Positions 12,011 through 24,306 of a DNA stretch of 64,000 nt are shown piece by piece. The DNA is from Trichosphaerium sp. ATCC 40318 (Eukaryota > Protista > Tubulinea). Where the stretch lies: positions 2,500-66,499 of the forward strand of contig JALMLS010000131.1 of NCBI GenBank assembly GCA_038496445.1, read 5' to 3'. Within the stretch, counting starts at the first letter, position 1. Each line of letters begins with the position of its first letter. Position numbers and translations under genes: made by a program. The notes under the pieces were generated by a model. It had not been told where the DNA came from, made no database searches, and saw nothing but the letters and a program-made list of their open reading frames with translations.

Positions 12011-13400
12011 ATGCACCTACGCCAAAGAGATCGCGAGAATACAAGGGTACATTACAATAATAAACGGTACTCTGCTTGTCTTGAAAACGCAGAAAAAGTT
12101 CTGCGATACAAGCCACGAGACGTTATACAATGGTTTTATAAAGGTGAGTAGCAGTTGTTCAGGAATTGCTGATGTTCTTAAAGGTTTGTCTCTTTACTTC
12201 CTGAAGCAGTACGAAAGGTCTCTTGAGTGCTATGAGATAGTTCTTCGCCTAAACCCGGATGAAGTAAAAACCTATCAAGCGCTTACAAACAAAGGTGCTT
12301 GTCTCCGTCGGCTTCGCCGTTTCGAATCAGCTATAGAGTGCTACGGTACAATACACTTTTTTTTTAGATTTGTAGAATGTTGACATAGCCGATTATGATC
12401 CTAATACTTGGTTTGCTAGATCAGGCGATGGCACTACGGAAGCTATGTAAACAAAACTACACGCCTATGTACAATAAGGGTATTGCCTATGATAGTGCTA
12501 AGAAGTATAAAGAAGCAATCAAATGCTATGATCACTGCCTACAATATGCACCAAACGACTACGAGGCTTTAACCAATAAGGTGTGTTTTATTTTTCAGTA
12601 GGTGCAAACAACAAACTCAATTACGCTACAGGGCGATGCGCTTGATGAACTTGGTCAGCATGAAGAAGCTATTAACATGTATCTACATGCGCTGAGACTA
12701 AACAAATCTTACGCAAAGGCATCAAGACACTTACGAATCGCTATGAATCACTACAGGGGATCAGGTTAGCATGATTGTGTTTTTTGTAGAGTAGTTTTAA
12801 AACAGAAACGCGTAAAGCTCACTTTTTACTCAGCACCACTTACGCGACTATGCGAGGTTGTACTAGTGAATAAGGTTGTGGGTATTTCTACAGCTGTAAA
12901 ATGCTACCAGATAGCTTCTATTGTCAATGTAGAAGAATTAAAGAAAGCGAGTTTGTCGTTCATTTTAAAGAACTATGACGCTTGTTTACAATCTATTCCA
13001 GTTACGTCCTATTAACGCATAAGCGCCTGTAGCTTACTTTTTCCGAAGAGTAATTTTAAACTACGATATCACGAAGCAACTCAATTGTATAACATAGTAG
13101 AGAACATCGCAAATGCGCAAGGTACCAACGTAGTTATTTCGTTCGTTCGCATTTTACGCTTTGTTTTTTCTTACTTTTTTCTTATTCTTTGTACTAGCTT
13201 CTAATAATATTGTTTGTACTCTTTGCAATATGGATGAACTACATAAAGATAAGCGGCATATCTGTACATTATGCAAAAGACATACATGCAAAGGTTGCCG
13301 TTATTCCAAAGCATCTCGCGTGTTTTGTAACAGTTGTATTGTTATTTGGACACCAATTGAAGAATACACCAGGATTCTAGAACAGAAGTCCTGTGAATAA
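12011..13400 (+). CDS. TPR-repeat protein with a C-terminal Cys-rich zinc finger
   Basis: TPR motifs (ALTNKGACLRRLRRFESAIECY; YNKGIAYDSAKKYKEAIKCYD; KGDALDELGQHEEAI) and C-terminal CTLC..CTLCKRHTCKGC..CNSC. Confidence 0.75.
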
Positions 13401-13584
13401 AATGTTAGAACCAGTTTGATGAATAAAACGCTTCCGGTGCAAACTATAGTTTTGAAGCACAAAATCTAAGTTGAGGTACCTTAGGAACAGTGCAACCACC
13501 AAGAGAAGTTTACCAAATACGGCAACTAAACGAGCAAATATGGTTAAAACCTGAAAAGTAGTTCATTTATTGTACTTGCATCCA

Positions 13585-14229
13585 ATGAAGCTCTTAATAG
13601 CCCTTGTATCTCTTATAGTGTTAGTACACGCACGCTTGTGTACGGTACCCGTTCCTTGCAAGGCTATGACCGTAGGAAGAGACGGGTACCTGTGGAGGAC
13701 TCAGTACTTATACAACTGCGCTCATTGCGAAAGTGCAAACGTCAAGTGCAAGAACTCTGCCCTCGTTCCTATTCGCAACGGAAAAACGACAATCTACAGG
13801 CGCGAATGCGTGGTAATGGGAATAAAGTACAATCAGCGACTTCTGGCCGCACCAAAAACAGATTATGCAGATGTTGATTTTAGCAGGCGTGTATCATGCC
13901 TAAAAGCGTCTAACATTGCATCGAGGCAGATAAAGAACGATCTAAGGCTTTTCGGTCCTCACAAAGATAAAATGCTTTGTTTCAACCCGTTCAACGAGGA
14001 AGTACTCCCTTCTTTGGTAGATAGCAAATACAATACAGATAGATTGGTATTAAATATTATGGTTAACAGGAACACTTGCATAAGAAATTACTATCCATTA
14101 GATGGTGATCTTGTTGTCTGTAATGTTCCTGGAAGAACAACCTCTACACCTAACCATAAAAAGTCTCGAGGTAGTTCCTATAGAACTAATCACTTTAGAA
14201 GTGTTTTTCGGAACATGAGATTCAAATAA
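13585..14229 (+). CDS. Intronless secreted Cys-rich basic protein of unknown function
   Basis: Single ORF with signal peptide MKLLIALVSLIVLVHA, about 10 Cys and an Arg/Lys-rich C-terminus. Confidence 0.7.
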   Translation: MKLLIALVSLIVLVHARLCTVPVPCKAMTVGRDGYLWRTQYLYNCAHCESANVKCKNSALVPIRNGKTTIYRRECVVMGIKYNQRLLAAPKTDYADVDFSRRVSCLKASNIASRQIKNDLRLFGPHKDKMLCFNPFNEEVLPSLVDSKYNTDRLVLNIMVNRNTCIRNYYPLDGDLVVCNVPGRTTSTPNHKKSRGSSYRTNHFRSVFRNMRFK

Positions 14230-14457
14230 GAATGCACGTGTTTTAAATAAACGAACATTTGTTTTCCTTGTCCTAGTAGATTCAACAAAAATATATCAAA
14301 GTCATTTTCAAATCATAATACTGTTTGCTGTCTCCTTTTGTTTTATCGTAACTTTGCAGAAAACAATCTCGATAGTAGTACTACACCACACTGTTCAAAG
14401 ACCGCTGTTTATACTACTACGTTTTACAGCTCTAGGTTAAAGTATCCTTGGATCTCC

Positions 14458-15430
14458 CTACAGTTTACCATCTTCCGTGGTTACAACAACACTGTAACCT
14501 TTTATATTTCCTCCAATCGTAGCGTTGCTATAGTGCCCTTGATATTTAATACAAAATCCGTTACAGTTCCGCTTAATTGGGCCATACTTAAGGTATAGGT
14601 GACCGTTTGATCCCACGTATTGAGAAGCAGTCGCGCCTAGTAATAAATTCATAAGACAGACATAAAAAGCATGTTTAACGAACCGGCAATTTGGTTGTAC
14701 TGTACAACCTTTGGCATTTGAATTGGCTCATTAGGTCGGAACATATAACCACACCACGCAACGTCCATTGGCTGTTATTGCTAATGAGAACAAAAAAGTA
14801 TCAAAAACTCATAACGCACTTCTCCAACACCATAAGAATACCCATCAAGGCGATATTTATACATAACACCACATCCTGTAAAGAATTAGGGATGACAAAA
14901 AACTTTCAGGATAAACCTGTTGTACCAGCTACTAAAGGGTACATATGTGGTAATAACGTTGTGCCCAGTCAAATCCTTGCGTTGGTGGATCACCACTTGC
15001 AGTTCCCTCACTGTGGTGATTGTAGCACAATACGATTGTCTCTGCGTAGAATGTATCAGTGTAGAGAGCGCCAGATGCTGCCATTAGTGAAAGAGTAAGC
15101 GATGTTTACAGCTGTTGACCAAAATATTAGTTCCTAAGGAACTTGAGATAGTGCCTAATACATTGTATCCTCACGTGTTAAAGTATTACGCTTCATACTT
15201 GCCCTATCGATAGGTAGGTAGACTTTGATTTGAATCATGACTACTTTTTCAATGACCCCACTAGAGTATGCAGTATTTATTATAGTTCGTGATGCTAATT
15301 GAGCAAGTGATTTTTAGCCAGGTCTTATGAATAGCAAAAGCATTAAATGACCGAACACGTGTTCAGCTACGATCTTTCTTCTCAACACCTTAATGGAGCA
15401 ACCAAGGCTTTAAAGTATTACAGAGTTTAA
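14458..15430 (-). pseudogene. Probable pseudogene: degraded BTB/T1-like 5' part plus an intact-looking C-terminal beta-rich domain
   Basis: 3' exons read QRYYHI..MYKYRLDGYSYGVGEPMDVAWCGY..SQYVGSNGHLYLKYGPIKRNCNGF..DGKL*. The 5' part has in-frame stops and frame breaks with IDR and LKFLR remnants. Confidence 0.35.
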
Positions 15431-15473
15431 TATTGTGCGTGAGTGTTTACGCAAGTAAGTTAAAGAACTTTTA

Positions 15474-17081
15474 TCATTGATAACGGAGCTTATGTTTTAC
15501 ATTTTGTTTCTTTTTTTGAAGTTTTTATCATTCTTGTTTTTCGTCGGAGTGTGGTTCCATTTTTGTCTCACCTCTGCATACTATTGACTCATTAACATTG
15601 TATAAGTATTTATATGTATGTTACTTACCCATGCTTTCTGTTCATTACCGAGTGTAGACTCACGTTTCATAAAAGAGTACATTTCTTCTAAAAATGAAGA
15701 ATCTTTTTCAACCAATAAGTTACAATAAGTTTCAATCCTTTCTCTATCATATAGCCTTTCTTTTGGTATCCAAGCATGTCCAAAACGCGCACCAAGTACG
15801 CTACCACAAATAGCAGCAACAGTATCAGTGTCATACCTACACAATTGGTTGGAAAAGACAAATAAACCCGAAAAAAATGATGAAAAAGCTTAAAATGTAC
15901 CCCAAAAGAACTATTTCTCTGAGTATTTCTTGTGGTTCAATATCATCTAATAATGCCATAATAACACCATGGCATCCGCCTAGAATAGCGAAGCCTTGAT
16001 TACAATGACATACTGTAAACCTTGAGTATTTCTTTCCATTTTCAGACAAGAATTTCCTAATTGCCGATCTGTCACTCATCAACTTCGGTTTATTGAATAC
16101 AGCAGCCAAAGTATCACTCACTAATATCCATCCATTAGCAACAAAAGCATACAATCAAAGCAAATAGTAAGCATTAACTTACCTATATGAGCATCTTTTC
16201 TATCAACCTCCCAAGCCTTCTTTTCATCAGACACCCAACGTTTTTCTTCTTCACGAACAACACCTGAAATCTTAGTTCGAATTTCAGCTACACTATCTCC
16301 ATTTACAAAGCAATAAACAGCGTAAGCTGTTGCTATATATAAACGTAAGTATGTATCAATACATTAGAGCTCTAATAGATGGTACCAAAAGCAATTGAAG
16401 CAGCAGTAATAGATCCATGTGTCATCAATGTAGATTCATAACAAACAGTCTTTAACAAATCGAGGTTATCAGCATAAACAGCGCCTATAGGTCCAATACG
16501 CATAGCAGCACCCATTCCACTTGAATCACTACCAGATTTCTCAGGAGGTGATTTACGTTTTAAAGCCTTGACAGCCTGTGAGAAGTTTCTACCAAATCCT
16601 CTCCAAGCACTATTATTGCAACAAAATTAGGCCAATGTTTTACACTAGTTCACGTGCTTTGTACGCATTCCCTCGGTGAGCCACTTAGTCCATGCTGCAG
16701 TAGACCATTCTGGTTGCCTCATGCAACAGTTTATAAGCGCCATAGCTTGTTGAGTGTCGTCTGAGTGGTAACTTTAATAAAAGTGTCAATTCATTAGGTG
16801 CATCGGCCTGTACGTACCCAAGAGGTCTCATTTTTTTAAAAAATCGGCTTTTTATGTTCTTTGAGTACGTTTGAGCTTTTTCAAAGTCAAAAGCCTCTGG
16901 AAACTCTCTGTACTCTCCAAATACGTGTTTAATATTGTTTTGACGCCATCCTTCCATAGGACAGCCGAAAACATCTGCGTGTTGTTATTTTTATGTTAAA
17001 AGTCTTTATAATACCTCCCCAAGCTAATCCCCATAGGCTGCCTGCAATTTTATCTTCTTTAGAAACCTGAGGAGCTGCCAT
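15474..17081 (-). CDS. ADP-ribosylglycohydrolase (DraG/ARH3 family)
   Basis: GSLWGLAWGDVFGCPMEG, SDDTQQ, SGNGAAMRIGPIG, MTHG and DTDTVAAICGSVLGARFG..WIP. Confidence 0.92.
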
Positions 17082-17649
17082 TGTAACGACTTTCAAATAA
17101 TAGCCTCTTAGCAAGACAATCGTTCACAGAACTCATACAGGAAATATCTACGATATTTATCGCTTTAGTACTACTCTTTTCTTTGGACTTGCCAACGAAG
17201 AATGCTCACTAAATGTACTGGCCGTGCATACACTTACGGTGTTACACGTGCTTTTTTTCGTTGAAATTAGAATTGCAAAATACACAGTTTACTACTACTA
17301 TTGCATTCACTGTCCATCTCCGTTTGCAAAAAAAACAAAGTGTATAAACTAGATATATTTTATCTCACAAGCATTGCAGGGAATTAGCCTAGAATAGTTA
17401 CATCTCGTCTCCTTTGTGGACAACAACTACTTGTCGCACAAGCGTTATCAAAAAAGATAGACAAGCTATCAACGGAACTCTTGTAGAAGTCAACATAACC
17501 TCAAAACAATTGATAGACTCATGTGAATTTAGCATAACCTTCCTTAGAGTCCGTATATAAAACACATACATACAACAGTAATCTTTGTTTTATATTGGTT
17601 TTTTTACATTTGCGGTTTTTGTTGGTTGTTTTCTTGGGTTTTTTTTTGA

Positions 17650-19102
17650 TTAAATATCTACAGCAAGAAACAAAAATAGTACAATAAAGAGTATAGATAC
17701 AACAAAAAACATTCCTAGTATAATAACTGGTAAATACTCATCGCATACATCATCATCAACACTTTTTCCTCTTTTTTGTGCGCGTATAATTGCTGCAGCA
17801 GGTAACTCTCCAAGCTAATAAAAAACGTCAAAAAAAAAGAAAAGAAGAATTGGAAAAAAGTTTTTTTGTACAACCAAAATCCGTCAATGCATACGTATTC
17901 ATTAAAAGCTTGTGGAGGTGCAATGGCACGATCATTATGACTCAAACCTCTCCAATCATAATTAGAAGCTGCCAGATCATTTGCAATACGTGCAACTAAA
18001 GGAATAGTATCCCTTGTAGGTTGTGTTCCTCCTGAAACACAATCCAAAAATAACTCGATTCTAAACACGTGCATTTTTAGTTGATTGAATTTAAACTAAA
18101 TTATCATCCTTAGTAATGAAACGTACTTGTCTTCCATCCATCTCCAATATTGTTTAGATCTATATACACGCCAAACTTTAACTGTTTCAGACGAAGCAAA
18201 AAAGCAAACAAAATCACAAATGTTGACGTCCAAAACTTCTAAACAAGATCTTGTTAGCATGCCTATTAATGCGTATCAATTTACTACTAACCCATTTGCC
18301 TATATGAAAATAAGTTATAGGAACATAAATAAAAAGGTTTGAAGCGAAAGAATTAACACCAGTCCGAGCTATGAACACAAACGTGTCTGGTGATTTCTGC
18401 AATAATTTTTCATTGAAAATCTTGTATTTTTTTTTGATTGAAGAAAACTCAATGACAACGCACAGCTGCATCTGTGCCATGTACTCTGGAGGTATCACAT
18501 TCCATTGACGCCTTAGAGGACACTTTATTTCTACAATAGCTCCGTTGTAGTTTGCCTCAGGATGTTGAGAAACAAAACCATCAGGTGTTGCACCTATTTC
18601 TTCGTTATTAGTTGATATTATCTATTTAAAACGTTTCCACAGTGACAAACAATGATGCGTTAATGAGTACGTTACCTAATTGGTTTGCCCAGCGTCCTTC
18701 ATGCCAACAGAAATCACCTTCACGTATATTTACTTTTAGTTTGTACGCATACCTATAACGACGTTCATATTACTCAATTCTCGTACTTCTGTACTCACCA
18801 TGCGCGTACGAGGCCTTCATATTTATGGCCGTGCTGTATTGCTTCACTTGTTACTTTATCACGCGTTACTTTTCCTACTTTAACCTCCCACAAGCTGTAG
18901 TAGTTAAAACAAGAAGCTGTTAATTACACTTACCTCTTTGGTGACGCGTATAGAGATAAACCGACGGCAGCGGCTACTTCTGATGCAGTTAGGTGGTTTC
19001 CAGGACTTAATACAATCAGTAAACGAAACAGTTACGCGTTTTGTACCTACTATGTATTCTAGCCCATTCCTCAGATGAGGCGCTTAGTCCCTTACGTGCC
19101 AT
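17650..19102 (-). CDS. YqaJ-like viral recombinase / lambda-exonuclease family nuclease with a C-terminal transmembrane helix; multi-exon including an 8-nt microexon (18292-18299)
   Basis: SEEW..HLTASEVAAAVG, HGHKYE, LGATPDG, VEIKCP, YMAQMQLQMEVLD..CDFV, VWRVYRSKQYW. The last exon ends YLPVIILGMFFVVSILFIVLFLFLAVDI*. Confidence 0.88.
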
Positions 19103-19197
19103 TGCTACTACGTGGTATTGCTTCGAATAAGTGATGGGTGACCGAGAATTCGCGCGTTGACTTTTTCTATGCTCAGAAATGTCTAAAGTCATGTAAT

Positions 19198-22100
19198 ATG
19201 GCAACCACTGATACAAAAACACGCGTACACTCGCATCTAGAGTTCTTACTGAACCCTGAGTTGCTTGATAAGCATGTACGTCAAACTTTTTTTTTTCAAA
19301 CGTTTAAATTGGTTAATTGTACTTATTTTTAATAGATTGAGCGACTGAAAGACGGCACAGAAAAGTTTCCAACGTGTATTGATTTAATCAAAGTATTTTT
19401 GAAAGAAGAGAATAAATGTATCGCAAAACAGAATTATCAGCGTTCTTTTGCATTTGCAAAGCTTGCAGCCACTGTACAAAACTTATGTAGGAAAATACAC
19501 TAAAAGCTTTAAAATAGGTACCAACAAGCTATGGAATGGATCTAGAGTCCATAGAGAAACAAATACCAAGCAAATTCCAACGACAACTTCTTGGTGACAT
19601 TGTACATTCGTTTGCGGATCAACCGTACGTCAAACCATACTTTCAGGCGTAATTACGGTAGTCTGCATTCAATTCAACTACATCGGTGGGTCGTGAGACG
19701 CGTTTTAAACCAAGACGATGCCAAGACAATCTGGCCACCTAAGGTACACTAAAACCGCAATGGCTTTTTGTTAATAACGTTCTTTAACGAAACCCTGATT
19801 TTGAACTTGAAACGTTTTAAACTGACGGATTTGAAGGGAGAACCAACAGGTAAACAGCTACCTCTTAAGAACACTATAGATGAACTTGAAGAATGGGTCA
19901 ACAAAGACGAGAAGGTAAGAAAACAAGCTTTTAGCTTGTTCGCTTGCAACATTTTTTTAAACAATCGGATTCTTTAGAAAACAGGCAATGCTCTGAATGT
20001 GTTAGTGGATGTATTGATAGAACTTGGTGAATACTTTCTAGTAAAGCCATCACCTGATCCTGAGAAGGCACTCACTTTCTTGAAAAAGTGCAAGAGTGTG
20101 ATATCAAGTGAAAAGTAAGTTCTTTTTTGCATTTGACTTTTTTTTTGTGCTGACTTGTCATTGAAGTGCTGATAAAATATTACGACTTGATGCTATGATT
20201 TTTGCTTGTGAGAGTGTTAGTAACCCTGATATGGATCTTGGAGATGAGTATGCGCTTGTTATTGATAATACCATCGAGGAATTGAAAACAAGCAACATGC
20301 ATACACTTGAATCTTTGCAAATCAAATTATTTCAAACGCTTCTTGATGATAACCTTGTTGGTAAACTCAATATTCCGTATAGAACATCTCTAGTAGATGT
20401 ACCAACACTTGAATCTATTAAAATGGATGTGGCTGTTGCTAATATCATACATGCAACGCTAAGAAACGGTGAGAAAATTACTTTTTTTGTTTTGCTTTTT
20501 CTTTAAGAAAACCTTTGATTGCAGAATATTTATCTTGTATAGAAACTGAGCGCTATTATGGTGAGATCATTGACCTTGGCCTATTTGGCTTTCATAAGCT
20601 TTGTAAGGCGTGTGTTGAAACACTACAGCGAGTAAAGAGTGTAAAAGATTCGAAATACACATATGATCAGCTTGTCCCATTGTTGAGGTACTTGATGAAC
20701 TGACCTACTATTTACACCTTTGAATCATACTTAAAATTATGTAGGACACTCCTAAGTAGTGTTTGCAAAGCATATGATGTTCCAGACATGTGGGAAGCGC
20801 TCATTCGAGGTACTTTTTTTTTTGATTAGAAATCAAATGTTTCAAATGTCTTGGGCTCCATTATGTCTTTTTAACTAAATACGTAATTAGTTGGTGTCCC
20901 TCTATCACTGGATGAAGATAAAATATCTCATGCTAAGTCTAAGGAGATACAAGATATGTTTAAAAAGGTTCAATGACTTTTAGTGCTTTCTTCGTCTATA
21001 TGACTTCTAACTCAGTGCTAAGGACAATAACGTGAAGAAGAGTTCTTTGGCGTCTTCTAATCATGTAAGATAGTTGTATTTTGTGGATGCAGTTCTAATA
21101 CTTGTTGCTTTCTTTTAGCTGTTGAACATGTTAAAAACTGATGACCCAGAACAAATTAGTAGTAGCTTTGATGCTATTGTAGCGGAAAACAAAGGACTTA
21201 ATGTGTTCTTACAACATGTAAAGAAGGTACCAATGAAGTAATGTATTTATGTTGTGACTAATACCCACTTTTTTTAAAAGGATGCTTCAGGTGTTAAAAC
21301 AAAACTTCTAACACAACGTGCAAGATCCTTTTTGATGCAGGTTAGTAATGGAAAAAATTTAGTTGGGTTTTCTTTGTTTTCTTTCTTGCTTCTTTGGTTC
21401 TAATGTATTGTTACTTTAGAGTAAATATCAAGAAGCAGAGAATGTGTATACCTATTTAAAGGATGAAGGAAACTCAGAATGCGCTTGGGGTCGTGTTGTG
21501 TTGGCTATAATGAAGTCTAAAGGTCAAAATATTTCAGACTTAATTACCAATGTACTTAACCAAGTTGTTGGGAATCAAGGTATCTTCCCACCTGATCTAT
21601 TTTACCTTGTACGTTTATTTATACAATTGCATTATTTCTTACTAATTTTAATCGTACAGGAGGAAGTATATGGCTTTCTCTTGAATAACAGCATGGTTAA
21701 CGAGATGACTATGCTTTCTGATGGTATGCAAAATGCTGTCCAGAAAGCTTCCTTTGTAGTCCCTTTGGCAGGTACACAGTGTTCTATCTTTGTCACCTCA
21801 GTCACTTACTATTAAGTATAGGTAAAATCACACAACTTGGTAAGCTTTGTGTTGCTATTGGAAGGATGGTTGATTTAGAGAAAGATTACATTCAAAATTC
21901 AGGTTTGTTTAAAAAAAAAGTTTCACTCCAAAAGTTTGATGTCTTTATTCGTTTGTAGATAAGATGACAGATAGTAATGATGATCCAGCCGAAGCTAATG
22001 TAAAGAGTATATCTAAAGTATTATCAGATTTTCTTAGTATAGTTCTTGCATCGCCGCAAAGTAATGGTGCTTTCGATGTACGTTGTTTCCTCTTTTTTTC

Positions 22101-23657
22101 CGGTTTAGTCTTTCTACTTTGTTGGGTTTTTGGACTTACTGGTGACTGTGCTTGGCTGCTCTTTCTTAAATTTTGTTTTAGGTAATTGATTGGCATTCGG
22201 ATACAGGTATTTTATCTAAACTAAAATCAGAGGCGGCACTGAGACTTCTTGCAACGCTTATGGCTTGCTGCTTGGCTTTTCTACGCAGAACAACAAAGGT
22301 AAGTTCTCTCACAAACTCAGTCAGTTAATAGGATTATTGCGTTTTTGTAAAGCTGTATCTAATTGTACTTTAGAGACCGTGGTCAATGCGTTTATTAAAG
22401 CATTACGGACTCCTTTCTCATGTTGCAGCTGAAGACGATTTTTTTGCACCAAGGTATGATGACACGTTTTATTGTTTTTTTGAAGAAAGTATATTTATTC
22501 ATCTTCCGTAGCGCTTCTTTGCTCACCAATGAGACTGAACAAAAGCTATTAATGCTATGGGATCATACACTAGTTGTAATGGGTCGTGTTTCAAATTGGA
22601 GCGATTATAGATGGATTCTTGCTCGTGCTCAAGTTTTCTTTGATACGAAACGATTTGATAAGGCTGTTGAGTAAGCCATCTAACTTGTTTCGTTTTTTGT
22701 TGTTGTGGTTGTTAGTGTTAATGCGTGTTATTTTTTGTAGGTATTACTTACTTGGAGGTGCTCTGAATAGTAGTTTCTGGACAGATATGGCATCTTCTAT
22801 GGCGTTTAATCACTGTCTAGAAAATTTGATTCATTCGCTTGTTCAAATTAAAGGTATGTACTCAAAGATAATAAGTTCTTATGCACTTAAAACGCATGGA
22901 TTAAATCTATTGTCTTGATAGTCTTCACGCTGGGTGTATTTTAAACCTTCCAAGTGGACATTTTTGTACAATTTTTTTTGTGGTTTTTTCCGCATTTGGA
23001 GTGCTGGAGACGTAGAGATGCTCGGTTTGAGATCGGGTTTTTGTTATTTTTAATGCTTATTCATTCTTTACAGCTCCGTTACCTGCGGCAATATTATGTC
23101 AAACTCTACGGACAATGGATCTAGGATTGGCATTCAAGACATTAACAGAGTGTGATTTACGTAATATTGATCAGAATTATTTTCAATACATTTGGCAAAT
23201 GCCTCTCTTTGAGTTACTCCTAGGTACCCTTAATGACACATTCTATCATTTCATTTTATTAGTACAAAATCAGACATGCTAACTATTATTTTTAGACCTG
23301 TACACCAAAGGAAACGATGAAGAGTCTGTAGCAAAATTGGTATGTTCCTCTGTTTTTTCCCTTTTTTGGTCGTTTCTCGGTTGTACAAACTTCAACTTTC
23401 CAAAAATTTCAGATGACATGTCCTTATCATAGTACTGAAACTCACACATCAAAAACTTTTCACGAACCAAGACAAGAACAAGCCAGTCTGAGTTTTTTCA
23501 TCTTTTTCTTATTTTTTTCTAGATTTATATCATTGGACGTCCAGAGATGAATGAGTGTAACCCACCCAAGAAAAGAAAGAAATTTGTGAATTCGCTTCAT
23601 ATCAATTTCTTAATATCGTTATCTCAAGAGTACCTATCAGAGTTTGATGTACAGTGA
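19198..23657 (+). CDS. INTS8: Integrator complex subunit 8
   Basis: N-terminal HLEFLLNPELLDKH and C-terminal YFQYIWQMPLFELL..IGRPEMNECNP..FL resemble the conserved INTS8 termini; long multi-exon helical protein. Confidence 0.8.
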
Positions 23658-23709
23658 GTACGCAAACAGACTAAAAAAAATAAAACTGTACATTAAACAT
23701 TAAGCAAAC

Positions 23710-24120
23710 CGGGCTTTTTTATCAACAAAAGGAAGTATCAGGTTTGAATTTCCTTGCTCCAATGCCTTCACTTTGCTTTATGCAAGTTTCGTGCATATTG
23801 AAAGGAGCCAGATTTCCGAAGATAGACCTTTTTGTTTACCACAAAGATGACTGTATAAATTTACTTACAAGTTTAACAAGCGATCACTCACTAATAGTGA
23901 ACCACTAACAAAAAACTATCAAATCATTCAAGACCAGCTGTGTCGATTACAAGGAGACTGTATAGCGTTTAGTCGCAGCACGAAGCTGTATTTCAACTCA
24001 AAGTTGGTGTGCCAACAAATGCTTTAAAGGAAGGCAGCCTGGGTTATTGCCATGCACAATGATAACTGTCCATCATCAAGCAACGTATTCATGCCTTTCC
24101 GTAGCTTATTTTCCATGAAT
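23710..24120 (-). pseudogene. Degenerate Ras-superfamily small GTPase remnant
   Basis: LLVIDTAGLE*FDS (G3-like with an in-frame TGA), upstream FVGTPTL (switch I-like) and downstream VIFVVNK (G4-like). No intact ORF. Confidence 0.35.
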
Positions 24121-24306
24121 GTATCTGTTAGTATACGACTGCTGTATCGCTATTCTATTATCTAGCGTAACACTAGCGCTAGTAGTGTGAACTACAAGGT
24201 GAGAATTCGTTTATGTGGTCTTCACATCAGCCACCAAATTTATGCGAATTCGTCAACTATTTTCTAGCACGTTTTTTCATGTCACTTGCTCATACACATA
24301 TACAAC

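Noticed and set aside
14940-15120. Alternative genetic code suggested by several TGA codons in one frame
   Set aside because: Another frame is open there. Long genes use TGG for Trp and end at TAA, TAG or TGA normally.
17140-17560. Possible small secreted-protein gene on the + strand
   Set aside because: Only disjointed fragments without an ATG; too degraded to support.
23405-23495. Possible C/D snoRNA in a long INTS8 intron (two CTGA boxes)
   Set aside because: No canonical RTGATGA C box and no recognisable rRNA guide.
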